Below, piece by piece: positions 17,075 to 27,004 of a stretch of 60,058 nucleotides of DNA (the stretch's first letter is position 1; every line of letters begins with the position of its first letter). This DNA comes from an uncultured Bacilli bacterium (GTDB taxonomy: Bacteria; Bacillota_I; Bacilli_A; RF39; UBA660). The stretch is from positions 1 through 60,058 of the forward strand of contig CANQBF010000001.1 of NCBI GenBank assembly GCA_947588895.1, given 5' to 3'. The notes under the pieces were generated by a model. That model was not told the DNA's origin. It did no database searches and saw only the letters and a program-made list of their open reading frames with translations. Both the position numbers and the translations under genes were made by a program.

Positions 17075-18439
17075 ATGGAAACGCACGAATTTTTCAAACA
17101 ATTTTTAACATTAATTAGTGAAAAAGTAAGTTCGGGCTCTTATTCGGTTTGGTTTAGTAATTTAAAAATATTACAAATAACTGATAAAGAAATTATTATT
17201 CAAGTTCCACTTCAAGCTCACAAAACAATGTTAAAACAACAATATATGGATATTATAGATGATGTTACTATTTCACTTTTAGGTAAAGAATATGAATATA
17301 TATTTTTAACTGAAGATGAAGCGAATGATAGTGATATACTTCATAACAAAAAAAATGAAGAAACAAATATAACTAAAGAAAAAGAACAAGAATGGGAAAC
17401 AAACTTAGATCCTTCAATGAATTTTGATAATTTTATTATTGGAGAATCTAATAGGTTAGCTTTTGTTGCAGCGATGGATGTTGCTCAATCTCCATGTACA
17501 ATTAATAATCCCTTATTTATATATGGAAGAAGTGGCATTGGTAAAACCCATTTAATGTATGCAATAGGTAATTATATTCATGAACATTCTGATAAAAAGG
17601 TTTTATATACAACTAGTAATGATTTTAGAGATGATTATGTTGAAATTTCGAAAAAAGAAAAAGGTAAAGAAGTATTAGAATACGCTAATAATTTTAAAAA
17701 TAAATATCGAAATGTTGATGTACTTATAATTGATGATATTCAGTTTTTAGTAGGAAATGAGGGAACACAACAAGAATTTTTCCATACTTTTGAAGCATTA
17801 CATAAAGCTAATAAACAAATAATTATATCAAGTGATAGAAGTCCTGATGATTTAAAGAAAATCGAAGATAGACTTAGAAGTAGATTTACAATGGGCCTAC
17901 CTGTTGATATTTATCCACCTGATTTCACACTTAGATGTGATATCATAAAGCAACATTTAGAAAATACTAGTATTAAAAATAAAGTTAATAAAGATGTTAT
18001 TGAATATATTGCTAATGCTTGTCCAAATGATATAAGACATATTATTGGTACAATAAGAAGATTACTAGCTTATACAGCAATGATGCGACCTCAGGTAATT
18101 AATTTAGATTTTGCAGTTGAAGCTTTAAAAGACTATATAACTGTTAATATTTATCAAGAAAATACAATATCGCATATTCAAAAAGTAGTTGCTGATTTTT
18201 TCAAGATAACAGTTGAAGATTTAAAAAGTAAAAAGAGAAGTAATAATATTGCTTGGCCAAGACATATAGCAATGTATTTATGTCGAGCTGAAACGGAGGA
18301 AAATCTAGCTAAAATCGGCTTTGAATTTGGTGGTAGAGACCATTCAACTGTCGTTGCAAGTTGTGATAAAATCAAAAGTGAGTTAATAACTAATGAAACT
18401 TTAAATGATACAATTAAAGAAATAAAAGCTAAGTTATAA
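17075..18439 (+). CDS. dnaA: Chromosomal replication initiator protein DnaA
   Basis: 454 aa with Walker A (GRSGIGKTHL), Walker B (LIIDDIQFL) and a C-terminal DNA-binding domain (GGRDHSTV). Confidence 0.97.
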   Translation: METHEFFKQFLTLISEKVSSGSYSVWFSNLKILQITDKEIIIQVPLQAHKTMLKQQYMDIIDDVTISLLGKEYEYIFLTEDEANDSDILHNKKNEETNITKEKEQEWETNLDPSMNFDNFIIGESNRLAFVAAMDVAQSPCTINNPLFIYGRSGIGKTHLMYAIGNYIHEHSDKKVLYTTSNDFRDDYVEISKKEKGKEVLEYANNFKNKYRNVDVLIIDDIQFLVGNEGTQQEFFHTFEALHKANKQIIISSDRSPDDLKKIEDRLRSRFTMGLPVDIYPPDFTLRCDIIKQHLENTSIKNKVNKDVIEYIANACPNDIRHIIGTIRRLLAYTAMMRPQVINLDFAVEALKDYITVNIYQENTISHIQKVVADFFKITVEDLKSKKRSNNIAWPRHIAMYLCRAETEENLAKIGFEFGGRDHSTVVASCDKIKSELITNETLNDTIKEIKAKL

Positions 18440-18564
18440 AAATGTTAATAATTATATAGTTTTCAACACTAATTTTTACTAGATTTTAAGGCAAATAAAA
18501 AATTATTAACATTTTCAACACTATAATAATAATCAATATAAAATATAAAGAAAGAAGGAAAGAT
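18440..18564. other. oriC, downstream DnaA-box pair (dnaA-dnaN spacer)
   Basis: TTTTCAACA occurs at 18460..18468 and 18512..18520. This gives the bipartite oriC layout typical of Firmicutes. Confidence 0.7.
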
Positions 18565-19683
18565 ATGAAATTTGTTATTGATAAAAATATTTTATTAGAA
18601 GCTCTTACAAATGTTTCTAGAGCTATTGGAACAAGAACGACTATTCCTATATTAAATGGAATAAAAATGGATTTAACTTTAGATGGATTAAGTTTAATGG
18701 CTAGTGATTCAGAATTAACAATAAGAGAATTTATACCTGAAAAAGAAATAAAAAGTATAGAAAATCCAGGAAAAGTAATTATTCAAAGTAAATATATATT
18801 AGATATTATTAGAAAAATGCCTACTGATATAATATATTTTGAAATGGAAGAAGAAAATAAATTAAAAATATATACTGATAATAATAAGTTTGATTTAAAT
18901 TGTTATGATATCAATGATTATCCAAATATAACATTAGATGAAAGTAAAGAACCAATTACGATATCAGCTGAAATATTAAAAAATATTATAAATGAAACAT
19001 CATATGCTGTATCAACACAAGAAGTAAGACCACTTTTAACTGGTGTTAATTTAAAAATAATGGGAGATATATTAGAGTGTATTGCCACTGATTCTTATCG
19101 TCTTTCTAAAAAGAATATTAAATTAAATTCAATGATTAATAATGCAATTAATATTGTAATACCAGGAAAAAGTATAATAGAACTTGAAAAAATGCTTGAT
19201 AATGAAGATGATGTAATAATGCATATATTTACTAATAAAGTATTATTTAAATATCGAAATATTGAATTTCAAACTAATTTATTAAGTGGTACTTATCCAG
19301 ATACAAGTAATTTTATACCAAATGAATTTGCATATATGATTAATTTAGATTTAAAAGCATTTAATGATGCCGTAGATAGAGCTTCATTACTTGCTATAAA
19401 TAAAGATAAAAATTTTGTTAAAGTTATAATTAATAATAAAACTATGGTAATATCATCATCTTCAAGTGAAATAGGAACAACTGAAGAAAAATTAAATATT
19501 GAATGTAGTAATAAAGAAAAGTTAGAAATAGCATTTAGCTCTAGATATATGCTTGAAGCATTAAAAGTTATTAAAGAAGAAAGTATTTTATTGTTAATAA
19601 ATAGTGATGATAAACCTATTTTAATAAAACCAGTTAATGATGAATCATTAGTAGAGCTTATTTTACCAGTAAAAACATATTAA
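18565..19683 (+). CDS. dnaN: DNA polymerase III beta sliding clamp
   Basis: 372 aa with three-domain clamp pattern, immediately after dnaA. Confidence 0.95.
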   Translation: MKFVIDKNILLEALTNVSRAIGTRTTIPILNGIKMDLTLDGLSLMASDSELTIREFIPEKEIKSIENPGKVIIQSKYILDIIRKMPTDIIYFEMEEENKLKIYTDNNKFDLNCYDINDYPNITLDESKEPITISAEILKNIINETSYAVSTQEVRPLLTGVNLKIMGDILECIATDSYRLSKKNIKLNSMINNAINIVIPGKSIIELEKMLDNEDDVIMHIFTNKVLFKYRNIEFQTNLLSGTYPDTSNFIPNEFAYMINLDLKAFNDAVDRASLLAINKDKNFVKVIINNKTMVISSSSSEIGTTEEKLNIECSNKEKLEIAFSSRYMLEALKVIKEESILLLINSDDKPILIKPVNDESLVELILPVKTY

Positions 19684-19708
19684 GTTAGTGAAAAAACTAA
19701 CTTTTTTT
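19682..19708 (+). terminator. Intrinsic terminator after dnaN
   Basis: The hairpin AAGTTAGT-GAAAAA-ACTAACTT is followed by TTTTT. Confidence 0.7.
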
Positions 19709-19782
19709 AATTTTATAAGATAATTAGACAAAATTTTTAAGTTTAGTGTGCTATAGTAGACCATAAATTTTTGGAGGAAAGT

Positions 19783-20235
19783 ATGGAAAATTATATAATA
19801 AATGAAAATACTGTAGCAATTTTAAAAAAATATAATGAAATTATTATTTATAATGTTGATAAAGAAGAAGTTTTCAACACGAAAATTAAAAAAATTATTA
19901 ATACAAGTTGTTTAGTATATGGAAGTAATCTTTTAGGAAGAAAAGAATATGCTAAAAAATATTTAAATATTAAATATAAAGTACCAATTATAATATCTGA
20001 GAATAAAAATATTATTTTGTTACAAATAAATAATTTTCGGGATGAAGAATGTTTATGTATTGTGGGAAATAAAATATTAAATTATCAAGAAAAAGATAAT
20101 AAATTAATAATAAAATGTATAAATAATCAAGAATTTTCCACAAATATATCTAAGTATAGTTTTGAAAAAATACTTTTAAATTATTTAAAATTAAATAATT
20201 ATATTAATTATCAAAATAGTTTGAAATTTCTTTAA
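19783..20235 (+). CDS. ComK-family protein (competence transcription factor-like)
   Basis: By eye it matches ComK hallmarks: NTVAIL.., IINTSCLVYGSNLLGRK (compare IVDRSCRFFGSSYAGRK), KVPIIISENKNIILL, and C-x-I after a short gap. I set the start at the ATG at 19783, 5 nt after GGAGG; the ORF track uses the TTG at 19771. Confidence 0.65.
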   Translation: MENYIINENTVAILKKYNEIIIYNVDKEEVFNTKIKKIINTSCLVYGSNLLGRKEYAKKYLNIKYKVPIIISENKNIILLQINNFRDEECLCIVGNKILNYQEKDNKLIIKCINNQEFSTNISKYSFEKILLNYLKLNNYINYQNSLKFL

Positions 20236-20325
20236 AATATGTCTATTTTGTGATATAATTGTAAATAGGTATGGGAGTATTAACTTACCTCATTTGTTTA
20301 ATATTGACTAAAAGAAGGCTATATT

Positions 20326-21411
20326 ATGAAATTAAACTCATTAAAACTCTCTAATTTTAGAAATTATGAAAGACTAGAATTAAAATTTAATGATGCTCTT
20401 AATATTATTTATGGTTCAAATGGTGTTGGAAAAACTAATTTAGTGGAAGCAATTTATTTACTTGCTATAACTAAGTCATTTCGAACTAATAATGATAAAA
20501 ATTTAATAAAAGATGGGGAAGTTAGTACCAAAATAGAAGGTGAGGTCGAAACAAACACAACTAATGATTATGAAGTTGTAATAAATAAAGAAGGAAAAAA
20601 AGTAAAAATAGATAAAGATATAATATCAAAATTAAGCGATTATATAACTAATATTAATGTTGTTGTATTACAACCTAATGAACAAGTATTATTTGAAGAA
20701 AGTCCATCAGAAAGAAGAAAATTATTAAATGTTGAAATTTGTGGTATTAAAAAAGAATATTTAATATATCTAAATAATTATAATAAATTACTTAAACAAA
20801 GAAATTTTTATTTAAGAGAGTTATATATTAATGGTAATGCTAGTTATGATTATTTAGATATTATTACTAAAAAATTAATAGATTATGGTAAGAAAATATA
20901 TGATTATCGTAAAAAGTTTATTGATGATATTAATGAATATATAAGTATAAAATATAAAAATGTATTTGAAAATGGAGAATTAGCTATTAAATATAATTCT
21001 GATTATAATAAAAGTGAAGATGAAATATTTAATAATTATAAAAAAAATTATAATAAAGAAATAACAATAGGTAAGACATTATATGGAATACATCATGATG
21101 ATATTGTTTTTTTACTAGATAACAAAGATATAAATAATAGAGGAAGTAATGGACAAAAGAAGAATGCTATATTTGCTTTTAAATTAGCTTTAATTGAGTT
21201 AATATACAATGAAAAAGGTAGTTATCCAATCCTTATATTAGATGATTTATTTAGTGCATTAGATAATAAAAAAATAACTAATATATTTAAATTATTATCT
21301 GATAATATACAAACATTTATTACAACAACTGATTTAGATAAAATTGATAATACATTAATAGAAAAAGCCAAAGTATTAAAAGTAATAGATAGTGGTGTTT
21401 TGGAGGAATAA
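20326..21411 (+). CDS. recF: DNA replication and repair protein RecF
   Basis: 361 aa with Walker A (GSNGVGKTNLVEA) and Walker B (ILILDD), in the conserved dnaN-recF-gyrB position. Confidence 0.93.
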   Translation: MKLNSLKLSNFRNYERLELKFNDALNIIYGSNGVGKTNLVEAIYLLAITKSFRTNNDKNLIKDGEVSTKIEGEVETNTTNDYEVVINKEGKKVKIDKDIISKLSDYITNINVVVLQPNEQVLFEESPSERRKLLNVEICGIKKEYLIYLNNYNKLLKQRNFYLRELYINGNASYDYLDIITKKLIDYGKKIYDYRKKFIDDINEYISIKYKNVFENGELAIKYNSDYNKSEDEIFNNYKKNYNKEITIGKTLYGIHHDDIVFLLDNKDINNRGSNGQKKNAIFAFKLALIELIYNEKGSYPILILDDLFSALDNKKITNIFKLLSDNIQTFITTTDLDKIDNTLIEKAKVLKVIDSGVLEE

Positions 21412-21464
21412 AATGAATAAATTAAGTAATTTAGTAGTGAAAAATATAGAAGAAGGTGATAGGT

Positions 21465-23390
21465 ATGAATGAAAATAATATGCATTATAATGAAAATGAT
21501 ATTCAAGTTTTAGAGGGATTAGAAGCAGTTAGAAAAAGACCTGGTATGTATATTGGTACAACTGATGTAAAAGGACTTCATCATTTAGTTTGGGAAATTG
21601 TAGATAATGCCATTGATGAAGCTTTAGCAGGTTTTTGTAACCATATAGAAGTAGTTATTAATAAAGGTAATTCAATAACTGTAAAAGATAATGGACGAGG
21701 AATACCAGTAGGAATCCATCCTAAAACAGGAGTATCAACAGTTGAAACCGTTTATACCGTATTACATGCTGGTGGTAAATTTGGTGGAGGCGGATATAAA
21801 GTAAGTGGTGGACTTCATGGTGTTGGTGCATCAGTTGTTAATGCTTTATCTAAATGGGTTACTGTTACTGTTTATAAAGATGGTAAAATATATGAAACTA
21901 AGTTTGAAAATGGTGGCAAAACTGTTCAAAAATTAACTGAAATAGGAACATGTGAAGAAAATAGAACAGGTACAACAGTTTCATTTAAACCAGATCCTGA
22001 AATATTTGATACTGATATATACGATTATGAAACTTTAAAGGTAAGAATAAGAGAATTAGCATTTTTAAATAAAGGATTATCATTAACTATTCGTGATGAT
22101 AGAGATATGGAAGATACAACTGGGGAAACATTCTTATATGAAGGTGGTATTTCAGAATATGTTAAATTCTTAAATGTTAGTAAGACACCAATTCATGATG
22201 AAATTATTCATTTAGAAGGCGAAGAAGATGGGATATTCTTTGAAGTAGCAATGCAATATAATTCAGGTTATAATGATAGTATTTATTCATTTGTAAATAA
22301 TATTAATACACATGATGGTGGTACACATGAAGAAGGTGTTAGAAGAGCTCTTACAAGAGTAATTAATAATTATGCTAGAAAAGCTAATATATTAAAAGAA
22401 AAAGATGAATCTTTAACTGGAGATGATGTTAAAGAAGGTCTAACAATGATTATTTCGTGTAAACATCCTAATCCTCAATTTGAAGGTCAAACTAAAGGTA
22501 GATTAGGTAATAGTGAAGTAAGAAAACTTGCAGATAATGTATTCTCAGCTGGTTTTGAAAGATTCTTAATGGAAAATCCTAAAGAAGCAAGAATTATAAT
22601 TGAAAAAACAGTTAATGCTTCAGTAGCAAGAATTGCTGCCCGAAAAGCAAGAGAAAGCACTAGAAGAAAAGGCGATTTAGATGTCATTAATTTTGGTGGA
22701 AAGCTTGAAGATTGTAAAGAAAAAGACCCATCTGTTTGTGAGTTATTTATAGTCGAGGGAGATAGTGCTGGTGGTTCTGCTGTAAAAGGTAGAGATGCTA
22801 TGACACAAGCAATATTACCATTAAGAGGTAAAATATTAAATGTTGAAAAAGCTAGAGTTGATAGAGCATTATCTAATGAAGAAATAAGAACTATTATTAC
22901 AGCATTTGGTACTGGTATTGGTGATGCATTTGATTTAAGTAAACTTAGATATAATAAAATTATTATCATGACTGATGCCGATGTTGATGGTTCACATATT
23001 AGAGTATTATTATTAACATTATTTTATCGTTTCTTTAAACCTATTGTTGAAGCAGGACATGTATATGCTGCACAACCTCCGTTATTTTGTATTAAACATG
23101 GTAAAACAATAAAATATGTATTAAATGAAGAAGAAAGAGATACGTATATAGCGTCATTAAATCCTAATACAAAATATGATATATTTAGAATGAAAGGTTT
23201 AGGAGAAATGGATGCTGAAGAATTAAATGAAACAACTATGGATATTAATAAACGAATTCTTAGAAAAATAACTGTTGATGATGCCATTGCAGCTGATGAA
23301 GCATTTTCACTTTTAATGGGCGAGGAAGTAGAACCACGTCGTAAATTTATTGAAGAAAATGCTAAATATGTTGAAAATTTAGATATATAG
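21465..23390 (+). CDS. gyrB: DNA gyrase subunit B
   Basis: GHKL ATPase motifs ([29 protein letters not shown]) and Toprim motifs ([16 protein letters not shown]). The start is set at the ATG after GAAGGTGA. Confidence 0.97.
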   Translation: MNENNMHYNENDIQVLEGLEAVRKRPGMYIGTTDVKGLHHLVWEIVDNAIDEALAGFCNHIEVVINKGNSITVKDNGRGIPVGIHPKTGVSTVETVYTVLHAGGKFGGGGYKVSGGLHGVGASVVNALSKWVTVTVYKDGKIYETKFENGGKTVQKLTEIGTCEENRTGTTVSFKPDPEIFDTDIYDYETLKVRIRELAFLNKGLSLTIRDDRDMEDTTGETFLYEGGISEYVKFLNVSKTPIHDEIIHLEGEEDGIFFEVAMQYNSGYNDSIYSFVNNINTHDGGTHEEGVRRALTRVINNYARKANILKEKDESLTGDDVKEGLTMIISCKHPNPQFEGQTKGRLGNSEVRKLADNVFSAGFERFLMENPKEARIIIEKTVNASVARIAARKARESTRRKGDLDVINFGGKLEDCKEKDPSVCELFIVEGDSAGGSAVKGRDAMTQAILPLRGKILNVEKARVDRALSNEEIRTIITAFGTGIGDAFDLSKLRYNKIIIMTDADVDGSHIRVLLLTLFYRFFKPIVEAGHVYAAQPPLFCIKHGKTIKYVLNEEERDTYIASLNPNTKYDIFRMKGLGEMDAEELNETTMDINKRILRKITVDDAIAADEAFSLLMGEEVEPRRKFIEENAKYVENLDI

Positions 23391-23399
23391 GAGGGTTTT

Positions 23400-25904
23400 A
23401 TGGATCATAGTAGAGATAGATTAGAAGAAAATAACATTGTAAATGAAATAAAATCATCATTTATTGAATATTCAATGAGTGTTATTGTTTCAAGAGCATT
23501 ACCTGATTTAAGAGATGGTTTAAAGCCTGTTCATCGTAGAATTTTATGGTCAATGTATGAATCTGGTTATACTCCTGATAAACCTCATAAAAAGTCAGCT
23601 AGAATAGTTGGAGACGTTATGGGTAAATACCATCCACATGGTGATTCAAGTATATATGAAGCAATGGTTAGAATGGCACAAGATTTCAATTATCGATATA
23701 CGCTTGTTGATGGACATGGTAACTTTGGTAATATAGCTGGTTCTGGAGCTGCAGCAATGCGTTATACCGAATCAAGATTATCAAAAATGTCACTAGAATT
23801 ATTAAGAGATATTGGTAAAGATACAGTTAATTTTGTACCTAACTTTGATGAATCTGAAAGAGAACCAGAAATATTGCCATCAAGATTTCCAAATATTTTA
23901 GTAAATGGTACAATGGGTATTGCTGTAGGTATGGCAACAAATATTCCACCACATAATTTAGGTGAAGTTATTGATGGATGTGTGGCCTATATTGATAATG
24001 AAAATATTGATACTGAAGGATTAATGCAATATATTAAAGGACCTGATTTTCCAACTGGTGGTATTATTTTAGGTAATAGTGGAATAAAAAAAGCATATGA
24101 AACTGGAAGAGGTACTATTACTATTAGAAGTAAAGCTACTATTGAAGAAAAAAATGGTAAAAATTATATTATTGTTGATGAAGTTCCATATGGTGTTAAT
24201 GTATCAGAATTAAAGGCAAAAGTTGCTGAACTAGTACATAATAAAATAATTGATGGGATAGCAGATTATCATACTGATTTAAAAGATGGTGTAAAAATTA
24301 CAATAACATTAAAAAATAATGCCAATCCTCAAGTTGTACTTAATAATTTATATAAACATACACAATTTCAAACAACATATGGTATTATTTTCTTAATGAT
24401 TGATAATCAAGTACCTAGAACATTAGGATTAAGAGATATAATAGCTAAATATATAAATTATCAAGAAGAAGTTATTATAAGAAGAACTAAGTATGAATTA
24501 GATAAAGCAGAAAAAAGAGTTCATATTTTAGAGGGGTATAAAATAGCTTTAGATAATCTTGATGATTTTATTAAAATTATTAGAGAATCAGAAACTGATA
24601 TAATTGCTAAAGAAAAATTGATTAGTAAATATAGTTTAACTGAAATTCAAGCTGATAGTATCTTAGAATTAAAATTACGTCGTTTAACAGGCTTAGAAAG
24701 AGCTAAGATTGAAGAAGAATTAAAAGAATTATTAGCTAAGATAGAAGAATATAAAGCTATATTAGCATCAAGAGAGAAAATATTAGAAATTATCAAGAAT
24801 GAACTTCTAGAAATTAAAGAAAAATATGGAGATGACCGTCGTACCAAGATTGATATGACTGCAATTGAATATATTGAAGATGAATCTTTAATTCCAGAAG
24901 AAGATATAATGGTAATGCTTACAAATAAAGGATATATTAAGAGAACAAAAAATGATACTTTCAAAGTTCAAAATCGTGGCGGAGTTGGAATCAAGGGATT
25001 AACAACTAATGATGAAGACTATGTTGAACAATTAATTAATTTATCAACTCACGATTATATAATGTTCTTTACAAATAAAGGAAAAGTATATCGTTTAAAA
25101 GGATATGAAATACCAGAATTTAGTAGGCAATCTAAGGGTCTTCCAGTAATTAATTTATTACAAATTGAAAAAGACGAAAAAATTAATGCTGTAATTAAAG
25201 TTTCTAATGATGATGAAGCAAAATATTTAATGTTTGCGACAAAACAAGGTATTGTTAAGAAAACTGACATTAAAGAATTTGAAAATATAAGAACATCAGG
25301 TAAATTATGTATTAATTTAAAAGATGATGATGAATTAATTGCTGTTAAGAAGACTAATGGAAATAATATAATCTTACTTGGAAGCAGTAATGGTAGAATG
25401 GTTAAATTTGATGAAAATGAAATTAGAGCTATGGGTAGAACTGCAACGGGAGTAAGAGGAATTAATCTTGGCGATGGAACATGTATTTGTTGTGAAGTTG
25501 CAAAAGAAGAAGATATGTTGTTACTAGTTACTGAAAAAGGTTATGGTAAGAGAACTAAGATAAGTTATTTTAGACAAACTAGACGTGGAAGTAAAGGTGT
25601 TTTGGCACTTAATGTCACTGAAAAAAATGGTAATTTAATAGCTTCTAAGTTAGTGGAAGAAGATAAAGATGCTGTTTTAATGACTAATGTTGGTATAACA
25701 ATTAAATTACCAGTAGAACAAATTTCAATTTTAGGTCGTGTTACTCAAGGTTTAAGACTTATATCATTACGCGATAATCAAACAGTAGCTACAGTAAGTA
25801 TTGTAGATAAAGTAAATGATGAAGAAAATAGTGAAAAGCCTGATAATACTATTGAAAATAACAATTTAGAAAGCAATTTAGTTGAAAATAATGAAGAAAG
25901 TTGA
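23400..25904 (+). CDS. gyrA: DNA gyrase subunit A
   Basis: 834 aa with the catalytic region AAMRYTE, a QRDR-like [13 protein letters not shown] and C-terminal beta-pinwheel repeats. Confidence 0.97.
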   Translation: MDHSRDRLEENNIVNEIKSSFIEYSMSVIVSRALPDLRDGLKPVHRRILWSMYESGYTPDKPHKKSARIVGDVMGKYHPHGDSSIYEAMVRMAQDFNYRYTLVDGHGNFGNIAGSGAAAMRYTESRLSKMSLELLRDIGKDTVNFVPNFDESEREPEILPSRFPNILVNGTMGIAVGMATNIPPHNLGEVIDGCVAYIDNENIDTEGLMQYIKGPDFPTGGIILGNSGIKKAYETGRGTITIRSKATIEEKNGKNYIIVDEVPYGVNVSELKAKVAELVHNKIIDGIADYHTDLKDGVKITITLKNNANPQVVLNNLYKHTQFQTTYGIIFLMIDNQVPRTLGLRDIIAKYINYQEEVIIRRTKYELDKAEKRVHILEGYKIALDNLDDFIKIIRESETDIIAKEKLISKYSLTEIQADSILELKLRRLTGLERAKIEEELKELLAKIEEYKAILASREKILEIIKNELLEIKEKYGDDRRTKIDMTAIEYIEDESLIPEEDIMVMLTNKGYIKRTKNDTFKVQNRGGVGIKGLTTNDEDYVEQLINLSTHDYIMFFTNKGKVYRLKGYEIPEFSRQSKGLPVINLLQIEKDEKINAVIKVSNDDEAKYLMFATKQGIVKKTDIKEFENIRTSGKLCINLKDDDELIAVKKTNGNNIILLGSSNGRMVKFDENEIRAMGRTATGVRGINLGDGTCICCEVAKEEDMLLLVTEKGYGKRTKISYFRQTRRGSKGVLALNVTEKNGNLIASKLVEEDKDAVLMTNVGITIKLPVEQISILGRVTQGLRLISLRDNQTVATVSIVDKVNDEENSEKPDNTIENNNLESNLVENNEES

Positions 25905-25926
25905 TAAAAATAATCAACTTTTTTTA
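25898..25926 (+). terminator. Intrinsic terminator after gyrA
   Basis: The hairpin AAGTTGAT-AAAAATA-ATCAACTT is followed by TTTTT. The gyrA stop codon lies in the stem. Confidence 0.7.
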
Positions 25927-25932
25927 TGAATT

Positions 25933-25950
25933 TTATTTCCCGGGAAATAA
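25933..25950. promoter_or_regulatory. Perfect Noc-binding-site (NBS) palindrome
   Basis: TTATTTCCCGGGAAATAA is an 18-bp perfect palindrome. Its core, ATTTCCCGGGAAAT (25935..25948), equals the B. subtilis NBS consensus as I recall it. Confidence 0.7.
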
Positions 25951-26023
25951 TTGGTTTACATAATATTATAATAAACACAAATATATGTTCGTGTAGTATT
26001 TTAAAGTTATTTAAAATTATGTT

Positions 26024-26049
26024 TTAAATGTTTCACGTGAAACATTTAA
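26024..26049. promoter_or_regulatory. parS site 1 (perfect consensus)
   Basis: The core TGTTTCACGTGAAACA lies at 26029..26044 inside a 26-bp perfect palindrome. Confidence 0.85.
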
Positions 26050-26208
26050 CATTTAATAGATTAAGCAAATGTAAAAATTTGTTATATATAGTCTATTTAA
26101 AATTCAAACATGATTATTGATTGCATAATAAATATTTAAAAATTCAATTAATATTAAATGATTTTGAAACGTTTTAAAATTTTTATAAATATTTTTCAAA
26201 AAAATTTC

Positions 26209-26228
26209 AATGTTTCACGTGAAACATT
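26209..26228. promoter_or_regulatory. parS site 2 (perfect consensus)
   Basis: The core TGTTTCACGTGAAACA lies at 26211..26226 inside a 20-bp perfect palindrome. Confidence 0.85.
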
Positions 26229-26382
26229 ATTTAAGTTCATTATTTTAATGTCCTAAATATTAACAATTAATTATAAATAAATAATATATCTTATAAATTA
26301 TATAATAAATTGTAATTATTCAATGTTATATGAATAGCTTTGATACTTTATACATTTAATTGTTTTTAAAAAATAAAACAAC

Positions 26383-26402
26383 TATGTTTCACGTGAAACA
26401 TA
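26383..26402. promoter_or_regulatory. parS site 3 (perfect consensus)
   Basis: The core TGTTTCACGTGAAACA lies at 26385..26400 inside a 20-bp perfect palindrome. Confidence 0.85.
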
Positions 26403-26410
26403 TAAGAAAT

Positions 26411-26440
26411 TTGACAAAGAAAAAAGTAATATGATAACAT
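26411..26440 (+). promoter_or_regulatory. Sigma-A-type promoter for the SRP RNA
   Basis: TTGACA (26411..26416), an 18-nt spacer, then the extended -10 TGATAACAT (-10 hexamer at 26435..26440). The predicted TSS is near 26447. Confidence 0.5.
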
Positions 26441-26446
26441 TAATAT

Positions 26447-26527
26447 GCACAACAAATATATTGTAACCTGGTCAGAGTTGGAAGACAGCAGCCACATCAA
26501 TCCCTATTTGTGTGTGCTTTTTTTTAT
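26447..26527 (+). ncRNA. ffs: Small (4.5S-like) signal recognition particle RNA
   Basis: It contains the conserved SRP domain IV: CCUGGUCAG-AGUU-GGAA-GAC-AGCAGCC (compare E. coli GGUCAGGUCCGGAAGGAAGCAGCC). The closing helix pairs GCACAACAAAUA with UAUUUGUGUGUGC and is followed by a U-run. It sits next to tadA-dnaX, where scr is found in Bacillus. Confidence 0.75.
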
Positions 26528-26539
26528 AGGAGAAAAAAG

Positions 26540-26956
26540 ATGACTGAATATTTTAATATAGCAATTAAAGAAGCAAAAAAAGCATATAAGGCAAATGAAA
26601 TTCCAGTTGGTGCTGTAATGGTATCTAATAATAAAATAATTGCTAAAGCACATAATAATAGGCAAAAAAAATATAGTGTTTTAGGACATGCGGAAATCAT
26701 TGCAATAACTAAAGCAGAAAAGAAATCAAAAGATTGGCGATTAGATAATTGTGTTTTATATGTAACGTTAGAACCATGTGATATGTGTGCTACTATAATT
26801 AAAGAATCTAGAATAAAAGATGTATATTATTTAATAAAAAATAATAGCAATTCAGCGAACAATAGTTTTGTACAAACAAATGTACATAATCAACAATATG
26901 AAGAATATCAAAAAATGTTAAAAAATTTTTTTGATAAATTAAGAAATAAAACTTAA
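26540..26956 (+). CDS. tadA: tRNA-specific adenosine deaminase TadA
   Basis: It has the deaminase zinc motifs HAE and PCDMC. The start is at the ATG after TAGGAGAAAAAAG; the ORF-track extension (26510) overlaps the SRP RNA. Confidence 0.92.
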   Translation: MTEYFNIAIKEAKKAYKANEIPVGAVMVSNNKIIAKAHNNRQKKYSVLGHAEIIAITKAEKKSKDWRLDNCVLYVTLEPCDMCATIIKESRIKDVYYLIKNNSNSANNSFVQTNVHNQQYEEYQKMLKNFFDKLRNKT

Positions 26957-27004
26957 ACTTAGTATTCAGACGTGTTATAATATTTTATGAAAGGAATTAT
27001 CAAC

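Noticed and set aside
26161-26180. ATTTTGAAACGTTTTAAAAT quasi-palindrome between parS1 and parS2 as a fourth ParB/Noc site
   Set aside because: The half-sites are in the opposite arrangement (GAAAC|GTTT) and imperfect. In DNA this AT-rich it is likely a chance match.
26024-26402. Three identical, evenly spaced repeats that might be a CRISPR array, terminators or a transcription-factor (CACGTG/E-box-like) operator set
   Set aside because: The spacing (174-182 bp) is far too long for CRISPR spacers, and there are only three units. The units are perfect palindromes with no loop and no T-run, so they are not terminators. The 16-mer is exactly the parS consensus, which explains them better.
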